From Catajapyx aquilonaris (lineage: Eukaryota), in NCBI GenBank assembly GCA_000934665.2, contig KZ538279.1, positions 62,001-126,000 on the forward strand: 64,000 bases of DNA, written 5' to 3'. Shown here one piece after another: positions 1 through 8,249 of the stretch (position 1 is the stretch's first letter; the number at the start of each line of letters is the position of its first letter). The position numbers and the translations under genes are program-made. The notes below the pieces were generated by a model that saw only the letters and a program-made list of their open reading frames with translations, had not been told where the DNA came from and ran no database searches.

Positions 1-133
1 AGTAGGCGACGGAAGCTGGCGCTCATTTTTGGCCTACACCCAGCCCTAGCTCCAAAAAATCATTTTGGAGCTAGCACCACACCTAAATATCATTCCTACA
101 GACCCACACGTAATATCATGCCTATAGACCACC

Positions 134-620
134 CCTGATATCACTCCTACCAATACCTGATATCACTCCTACCAATACCTGATATCACTCCTACCCATAC
201 CTGATATCACTCCTACCCATACCTGATATCACATAGGCGCGCATTCCTATCCTTGTGAGGTTTTTCCAAAATTTAAAGCTAACCTAACCTACAAAAAACA
301 CACCAAATTTTGGTGAAATAAATTTTTACTGTTTTTATGATGTATTTTTCGATTTTTCCCTATCCTTGTGAGGCGTGTGTTCACTATGAGGTACAGGAAA
401 ACTACCTCGTAATGACAAAATTCCTCACAAGGATAGGAAAAACGCGAAAAAAATTCCTCACAAGGATAGCAATGCGCGTCCACTCCTACCCACACCTGAT
501 AACATTCCTACCCACACCGGATGACATTCCTACCCACACCTGATATCCCTCCTACCCACACCTGATATCACTCCTGCCCATACCTGATATCACTCCTACC
601 CATACCTGATATCACTCCTA
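134..620. repeat. 22-bp minisatellite (CCTGATATCACTCCTACCCATA), interrupted by an insertion at ~236-480
   Basis: Head-to-tail 22-nt units at 134-232 and 481-620. Confidence 0.9.
236..480. mobile_element. Small inverted-repeat element inserted in the minisatellite (MITE or Helentron-associated-like)
   Basis: GCGCGCATTCCTATCCTTGTGAGG at left vs CCTCACAAGGATAGCAATGCGCGTC at right; extra internal copies of the motif; CTAACCTAACCT tract. Confidence 0.65.
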
Positions 621-2057
621 CAAACGCACACCTTAAAAACAATTTTTTACCTAGAATCACACTTGTTTTAGGCCTCTCCCCCCAAAAAATGACTATAGGC
701 CCGGTTTTTGGGTGGCTCTAGGGAAGCGGTATCAATTTTCATCAACGTCAAAGTGCTTACATTTCAAAGGGGGCTCTACTGATCGTGTCATTTATTAATT
801 CGGAAGCCTAATTCTCATTTCGGATGAGGGCACTAACGTGATCTTTACGACCGGGGGGAATTTGCATTGGAAACGCGGCATTAGAAAATCTAACGGGGGT
901 GGGTCGACTACACATGCCGGAATTTATGCCAAACCGCTAAGGGATTTTTTTTTTGGGGGGGGGGGGGAAACAATACGATGAATTTCTCANGGCAATACTC
1001 AGGCTAATCTTAAGGAAAAAAGAGAGATGGGGGTAGTGACGGACAGCCTTTTCTTTTCCCAGAAGTTGCGCAGCTCCATTTCATCTCTTGGAGGATGTCG
1101 GCAACAAACCCACCCCGCCACCCTTGGCGAAAAGTGTCGGCTCCCTTTTCCTCCCCCAACCCAACCCATACCACCCGAGCTTCCCATCCCTTTGCCGACA
1201 GCCGGGTTTTCCGATAATTCCCAGAAGAACCCAGATAATGATCCATTTTCGCCGACCTGGCAGATACGTTGACCAATGCTTCTCTTTCCGCCGCCCTATA
1301 GTTAACCGTGGAGGGACATTTATCATCGCAAGGCCCCTCTGCGCTGGTTAGGGGGGGGGGGAGGTAATTCTCTTGTTAATGTTTGACTAACTGTGAACCT
1401 TTCCATCACCTTGCTCTGTGCTTTCACTACTGCACGATTTGAGTTTTGCACAGCTTGATCCGACCTACTGGCGTTTTGATCGTATAGGGAAACGTGTGAC
1501 TCCAGGGTCAAACGGACGTCATATCTTGGCAAGCAGGTATGTACTGTACTAGGTATATCCTGGAGTTAGACATTTTAAGTCTTTCAGAAGAACCTGCATT
1601 GGAAGATGTTGCAGCAATTATTCGTGGCACCATTTTAACGTTAAGCAAAATTGCAGCTACTGACCAATCAAAGTAACCAACACATTTCCAAGACAAGCTC
1701 AACAAAAACAATATCCACATCAGACAGAAATGCAAGCTCAATCTATATATTTCAGTTGAAAAATTGCGATTTTAAAGAAACATTAATATATTAGTACATC
1801 ATAATACTGTTAAAGAGCGTAGCCAAAGTTTGGGCCACCCCACGTCACATGGTTATGGACAATTGAGATAATAATCACGCAATAACAGACAAATAACATC
1901 ATGACGCAAAATTCTGCATCGTTTTACGTAAGCTGACAATATATTTGTTATTGATCGGCTTTTATCTCATTTTGTATAGAAAATTAATAAATGCATGCCT
2001 AATACATTAATATCAAAAGACAATCATTACTTACAATATTACATTTTGTTCGAGTAT

Positions 2058-2172
2058 CCTCCTGAGACCTGACGTCCAATATATTGGACATCAGCAAAAG
2101 AAAAAGGCGTCAACTGAAATTGACGCCATTTTTTTGTGATGTCCAATATATTGGACATCAGGTCTCAGGAGG
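2058..2172. mobile_element. Palindromic mini-MITE with internal hairpins
   Basis: CCTCCTGAGACCTGA...TCAGGTCTCAGGAGG; each arm carries the self-palindrome GTCCAATATATTGGAC; central GGCGTCAA/TTGACGCC. Confidence 0.75.
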
Positions 2173-3781
2173 GTATGTTGACAACCAAAACATTATTTTG
2201 TACTAAGATAATTGCAAGAGTAATAGTGAAACTTTTACTTGCATTAATGCATGTTTAAATAAGCGCATGCTGCATAACATACACATTAACACGATAAATC
2301 AATAATTAAATATGAACATAATTACACACATTTACAACTTTCCGTTAATCTAACGGACGCAAATGGGCGTCAAGAAAAATCAAAACCGATAATAATTTAT
2401 GTAGTTATTATAACAGAGGGACAGGATCAAGTCCACACTACAGTAATTCGAGTTATTAATTTTGAAGGAATTATAAATCCTTATCTCTTTAAACTACTAC
2501 TCTTACTTCCATCCAATTACTGACCTCTGAGGAAGGACAACGGATTCGGTGTCAGTGGGTCATCTTGGAATAAAATTCGCAGATTTGCCTCGAACACATT
2601 GCTGAACAGTCCACCACAACATTTCCCTGTTGATCAACTGGATTAAATACCCCTATTTTAAATGATGACACATACTGGAAGCAAACACCGGAAATAAATG
2701 ATACAATCCAAACCTCACAAATGTTTACCAGAATAACACCAGCTCAATCACCTCCACCAGATGCACCTACCCAGCCAACAAAATACCAGGCAAGTGCACC
2801 AACTCCAATTAGAAAAATGCTACCAGTTTATTTTCCGCTCATCTCAGTCGCACCAGACCCGAAGCCAAAATAGACAAACGTGACAAGTCCGCAGTGTAAA
2901 CAACGCTCCCACACTCGTTACACAGCCGTCAATCGACAAACACCCCCGCTAAACCAATACCCGACAAAGAATCTATCGGGGTAGTAGGGGAGACCCCCAA
3001 ACTTTTGAAAGCAAAGCACAGTAATTTTAGACCGGAACAATTGCTTGGTTATTGGATCCGACCGCATGTTCCGGAAGCTCTCAAGAAGCCATCATGGTCA
3101 GAATCACAACCGAGGGGTCGGACAAACAGGAAGTAAGGGTACAAGTCAGCCATTTTTGAGGTTATGATCTGTCGCAGGTGATGACAATGTGTAAAAAGGG
3201 AGGGAGAAAAAAAAGAGGGTCGAGAGGAAAGCAATCGTTGTGCATGGCGTGGGGCCAATGTGGAAACCCAGCAAAGAAGATGCAAAGAACCGGATGGGGT
3301 AACACGTCGCTTGGGACGTCTGCCAGAAGCGGCCCTCAAGATTGGGAGGTAATTTTATTCCCCTCTGTCGCACACTGTCTACTGGGCCCTCCCGTCGAGA
3401 GGCAAAAATTGTCCTCAGGATATTCAGACTCGCGTTCGACTAGGCCTAAATGACACTTTTTTTTTAAAATAAAAAAAAACCGTTTGCATGTCCAATGTGG
3501 TGGAAAGGGGTTTGGCACCTTTGGAGACCCAGATTCAATCACTTCTACGGATTCGGGAGGTGAAGTCGATCGTAGTCATCCTGTCGATTAGATAACTTAT
3601 CAAACTTGATGGCTCAACGCATCGCATACGGGGCAGGGGTAGAACACGACGTGTTTGTGGTATGTCGCATGTGAAGGCCGAGATTCCAATGAGTTATTTC
3701 GAATAAGAATTGATTTATGAGTATTATGACACAATGCAGGACCTGAAGTTGCTTTCATGTAACATAATATTAGGGCATAAT

Positions 3782-3946
3782 TTTCCGCTTTTCACCCGAC
3801 ATTCCGGGGCAGAATTGCACACCCTACTCTGCCCAGGGCCAGGAGAAAAGGTCTGGTGTATTACCACACAAGTCAGAAATGACTAGAAATTGCAGTGCCC
3901 TCCTTTTGGAACCCCCCTTCCACCCTATCACGGGGTATTTAAAAAA
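3782..3946 (+). mobile_element. 5'-truncated retroposed insertion sharing the 3' end of SINE family A
   Basis: Flanked by 10-bp direct repeat AGGGCATAAT (3772-3781, 3947-3956); ends CCCTATCACGGGGTATTTAAAAAA. Confidence 0.55.
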
Positions 3947-4153
3947 AGGGCATAATATTATCTGTTAATTAAGTAGCTGCTTAATAACATATGATAATGT
4001 TGAGTAACTAAAATGGACAGTTCAATATTATGTGCTATTAGTCTGCTGCTATTGGTTTTCATGACGGATTGCAAGTGGCTAGAAATTTATGTAACATACA
4101 CGAACGCAAAATTTATTGCCAGTTCGCAATTTCATATTTGCTGAAAATTAAAG

Positions 4154-4730
4154 GCCCGTTTCCACCGGCATAATTTTTGTTCTGGACAAAATGTAACCCG
4201 TAACAATTTTTTGTTGCTAGACGATTAATAATAAAGTAACAAAGTAATAATAATAATAAACAGAAGCAGTAGTGGTGGAGTGGATATGGTGTCCGACTGC
4301 TAATCGGGAGGTTCTGGGTTCGAATCCTGACCTTGGTTTTCTGTGGTTTCCCAAGGTCGCCCCAGGAAAAATTTCCGGGATCGTACCGTAAAAAAATAGG
4401 CCACAGCCGCTTCCTTCCTTTCCCTGTCCTGGAGGAGGTGCGGGTCAGTGGGTGTCTCTGACTTGCATCTAGGGGTCATCTTGGCGAACGGGCCCCCTGA
4501 GAGATTCCACACGACCCCCAACTTGATGACATTGCATATGCACCAGCGTCCCCCGCCTCCTATCCCTACCCTGTCCCTGCACGATAGTGATAATCCACTC
4601 CCCTAAGAGAGCCTAGATGGCTCTTGCACGGGGTATATCTAAAAAAATAATTATAATAATAATAAAGTTTGTTTGAGTTTGTGCTCCATTTTTGTGCTGT
4701 TCTTTTTGTGCTCAAAATTTATGCCAGTGG
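4154..4730. mobile_element. Degenerate PIF/Harbinger-type MITE hosting SINE A copy 1
   Basis: GGCCCGTTTCCACCGGCATAATTTT at left vs AAAATTTATGCCAGTGG at right. Confidence 0.4.
4263..4665 (+). mobile_element. tRNA-derived SINE family A, copy 1 (variant with internal ~130-nt module)
   Basis: Head with GACTGCTAATC (Ser-GCT-like loop) and B box GGTTCGAATCC; body GGTTTTCTGTGGTTTCCC...GGCCACAGCCGCTTCCTTCC shared with copies 2 and 3; 3' hairpin + CGGGGTA + A/AAT tail. Confidence 0.85.
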
Positions 4731-5038
4731 TGATTTTTTTTAAATTGTAGGCCTAATTTTCTATTATTACAAAATGCAAAGATTTGTTTGTTTGCCCAGG
4801 TTTGGTTACCGTGGCAACGAGTTACTTCAGAGAGTCGAAAATTACATTAATTTGATGGACGCCATAAATTCGGATCTGCGCAATTTTATTAGATCCGGCC
4901 CCTATTTGGACGTGCGAAGAGTGGGTTTCGATGCTAGTTATTCGTATAAGTTAAATATGACAAACATAAAAAATAATACTCCATAACTACAACACCGAGG
5001 TAAGATGAGAATGTGGAAACCAGGTAGAATAAATAATA

Positions 5039-5212
5039 CAATAGACTCCGGACATAACAGACTTCAAGGCACCGCGGAAATAAGTCTTATAACCGAGGTT
5101 TGTTATAGCTAAATACGCAGGTCATATATGAAAGTATGGCGGGACCAGACTTTCGAGTCTGCTATAACCGAGAGTATGTTATAGCCGAAGCTGTTGTATC
5201 CGTAGTCAACTG
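5039..5212. mobile_element. pogo/Tigger-type MITE relic (related fragment at ~56980-57060)
   Basis: Repeated GTTATA(A/G)CCGA motifs; end AGTCAACTG-TA; CAGACTTCAAGG(C/G)ACCGCG shared with ~57002. Confidence 0.55.
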
Positions 5213-7035
5213 TATAAATTATAGTTATTAAAATCGTCTAAACCACAACATATTACCGCACCACCAAAAATATCTTTAATGACAAAACTGCGTAATATTT
5301 CAATTCAAGTTACATGCGGAAACTGAATACAGATGCACATTATTTTTTGCCTCGAGCGGTTATAAGTACTTACAGATTCATATCTAGTACGGCACTTACA
5401 ATCCCTCAAATATTGTCAGAAGGAATGGCAGCAGCTTTGGGACAATGGTAGCATAACTCTACTTTATCACAAAAAATTAATTAGAATTTTAACGTGTCAG
5501 ATCATACTTGCACGATTACTTACATAGCGGGCTGTATGGTAGTGAATTAAAATCACAAGATAATGCAAATGTTACCTTATATTCTTACAAGGTCTACATT
5601 TAAGCTTACATCGTAATAAAATCTATCTATAAATCTTATATATTATTATTATATTACTTGTATATCTATATCGGAATAAAATTCCACAAGTCAGTGATTT
5701 TTACTGCCTGAATTCCTCACTTCTATTAATCTTTCCGTAGTTATTTGTTCGTCTCAATGCCTATAACTAATTGCACCTAAACGTAATTAAAATGGTTCCT
5801 TACATCATTCTTGAATACTAACCTCACATCAAATACCCCTGATCATTAGTAGACCACCCTGTGACACCGCCCCTCTTCAATCAATGCGTCCCCAGATTTT
5901 GCAGTGTACTTATTACGTGCAGTGACACATATCTAGTGGGGATCAGCCCTGACGTTTATTGGCAAAAACGTCAACTTTTTATCAAAATCTTTCTTACATA
6001 CAAGTGGTGAAAAGATGAGGTAAGTGTATATACGCACTCCCCTTCCTTCCCCCTTCTATTCGTAAAAAAGAAATAGCGATCGATAAGGAGCCTGTAAATT
6101 AATGGTAGGCAATAGAACTAGCCCGTGGCCACGTCATTCAGGGTTCCCCTCCAAGTTTCATTTCCATTGTGTGTGCCATGCAACCCAGGAAGATACAAAG
6201 GGATCTGGGGGTTGAAGGGGGTTACGAAAACCCGCCGAATCATTGCTTTCTTGATCCGCCACACACATACTCCGCCATATTTGTAGCACTCGGTCGCATC
6301 TTGGCAAAGATTTATCCCAACATCATTTAATCTGTGGAGGGAAGCTGCCCGCAAGAATGATAAACTACAACCCTCCCGGTTTTTCCCCGGCTCTTTTTGC
6401 AGCTCTCTTGATATTTATGGCCGCTACAAACTGCCCTTCCATCTGTGGACAAGGTTGGTACACTCTGAACCTCCCTCCAGTCCCTTCCATGTAGTAAATC
6501 ATGTAGTAAATCTTGCAAGCAACCAGCGTAATTTAGACCCTGCCCCCGAGACGGAGGACTCGCTTCCCCACCGGCACCCTCTCTCTCCCCCAAAATGTTA
6601 GATTTATGGTTTGTTTATATCTTGCCAACATGGTGGTTCGCACCTGGCTTGATTTATGATCGTCCAAGAGCAGCCATCTGTTGAGCGCCGATCGAATCAG
6701 ACGCAGCTGGAGCGGATCCCAACGACTCCATGGCGTTTGATCGGCCCTTTTCGGAATGTCTGCGGGGATCCGGAATTGATAGCTGATACGACCTTGCTCG
6801 ATGGTAGGTCAAAGGTCGGTAAATAAAAGCGAGAGAGTATGGTGAAAAATTGGTACAGGGTTCGCTATAAGAGACATCCAAGAGTTTCACATTTTATATT
6901 ACAGTACTCGCTCAAAAACATAAGAGACGATTTTGCATTTGACTCAAGTGTAGATGTTTTTGAGCGATAATATCGCTCAAAAAACATCCGCACCTGAGTA
7001 TAGTATACAGTATGAGATATCCACAGTGTTAGATA

Positions 7036-7370
7036 GGGGTCGTGCAAATACCACGTGACCGATTTTTGGCCACTTTTTGACCCCCCCCCCCCCNCCCCTC
7101 CCCCCTTTTTCACGTGGTTTTTTAAAAACTGTCAATGTTATCGGAAAAAACGCGATCGAAAATGATAGCTCCTCAATTTAACTGTTTAAGCAAGTAAAAA
7201 ACATGTCTCTCCATGATTTCGGGGTCGCTGATTTCGAATTTTAGGTTATTTTGAACCCATGTGCATCTGTAAAAGCTCCCATATGTGCCCATTCACCGTG
7301 TTCAGATATACCACATGAACTGTCGTCGACCCCTCCCCCCGAAACGGTCACGTGGTATTTGTACGACCCC
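7036..7370. mobile_element. MITE with 26-bp TIR
   Basis: GGGGTCGTGCAAATACCACGTGACCG / CGGTCACGTGGTATTTGTACGACCCC. Confidence 0.8.
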
Positions 7371-7396
7371 ACATGCTATGCATATTACTGTTTATA

Positions 7397-8014
7397 CTGG
7401 ATGTTCTAAATTCGTGGGTCGCTTTTTAATTATAACTGATATCGCCCGAGAGTACCGGTAGTTATTTTTTGTAGCTTGTTGTGCCCCCTAACCAGGGCTT
7501 ATCAGTGGGGCTTAACGTCGGCCTATTTCTGCTGCTAAGGCTCAACACCGACGACGCCAGGGGGTGGTCCTCATTCTGGAAATTTGGCCACTCTGGGGAT
7601 CTTTAACGTGCACTCGCGCAATGTCACAAGCACACGGGACCGACGGCTTTACTTCCCCTCCGAAGGAAGGAGCACTCTCACTTTTCTACCACCCGGAGAA
7701 AAGTCACCGACCTCGGTCGGGTTCGAACCCACAACTTTGGGTCTAGAAGTGAGCTCGCTAAAACCACCAGATAGACCACCAGCGCGGGCTCGGGTGGAGC
7801 CATCAAATGTTTTAAGTCAAATTTTCGTCGTCACCGGTCGTATAACTATAGTTAGTTAATTATTAATAACTATGGTGCCCCATTCAATTTTCAACCCTCT
7901 GGGAGTCGAATATAGCAGTGATGTCCGTAGAATGGGGCACAACACGCTACAAAAATAACTACTATCGGGGCGATATCAGTTATAAAAAACGACCCACGAA
8001 TTTGGAACACCCTG
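7397..8014. mobile_element. Tc1/mariner-type MITE (~95-bp TIR) interrupted by SINE B
   Basis: Arms 7397-7490 and 7934-8014 are reverse complements (CAGGGTGTTCCAAATTCGTGGGTCG type); TA flanks. Confidence 0.8.
7502..7790 (-). mobile_element. tRNA-derived SINE family B, full length (Deu/Nin-domain, tick Ruka-like body)
   Basis: A-box-like TGGTCTATCTGG and B box GGTTCGAACCC on - strand; body CCTTCGGAGGGGAAGTAAAGCCGTCGGTCCC...GCACGTTAAAGATCCCC...GGCCAAATTTCC; nearly identical to 47377-47602. Domain name is from recall. Confidence 0.85.
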
Positions 8015-8016
8015 TA

Positions 8017-8249
8017 CAGGGTGATCCAAGTTCGTGGGTCACTTTTCTTATCACTAATATTGCCCGAAGTTTTTTTTTGGTGACTTGTTGTGTCCCTAAT
8101 CTGTTGCCCCATTACTCCCAGGTGGTCGAATATAGCAGTTGCTATATAATAAGGCAACTGATTAGGGGCACAACAAGATACAAAAAAATAACAACTTCGG
8201 CCAATATTATAGTGATAAGAAAAGTGGCCCACGAACTTGGAACACCCTG
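8017..8249. mobile_element. Tc1/mariner-type palindromic MITE, related to and abutting the 7397-8014 element
   Basis: CAGGGTGATCCAAGTTCGTGGG...CCCACGAACTTGGAACACCCTG; TA on both sides. Confidence 0.85.

Noticed and set aside
134..620. Regular repeats as a CRISPR array
   Set aside because: Head-to-tail units with no unique spacers; eukaryotic context; no cas genes.
2518..2556. CTGAGGA flanked by ACTGAC/GTCAGT as a hammerhead
   Set aside because: No GAAA core segment.
8009..8016. ACCCTGTA as a miR-10 locus (also ~8244, ~49026)
   Set aside because: These are mariner-type TIR ends; the rest of mature miR-10 is missing. No miR-993 or iab-4 match was recognised.
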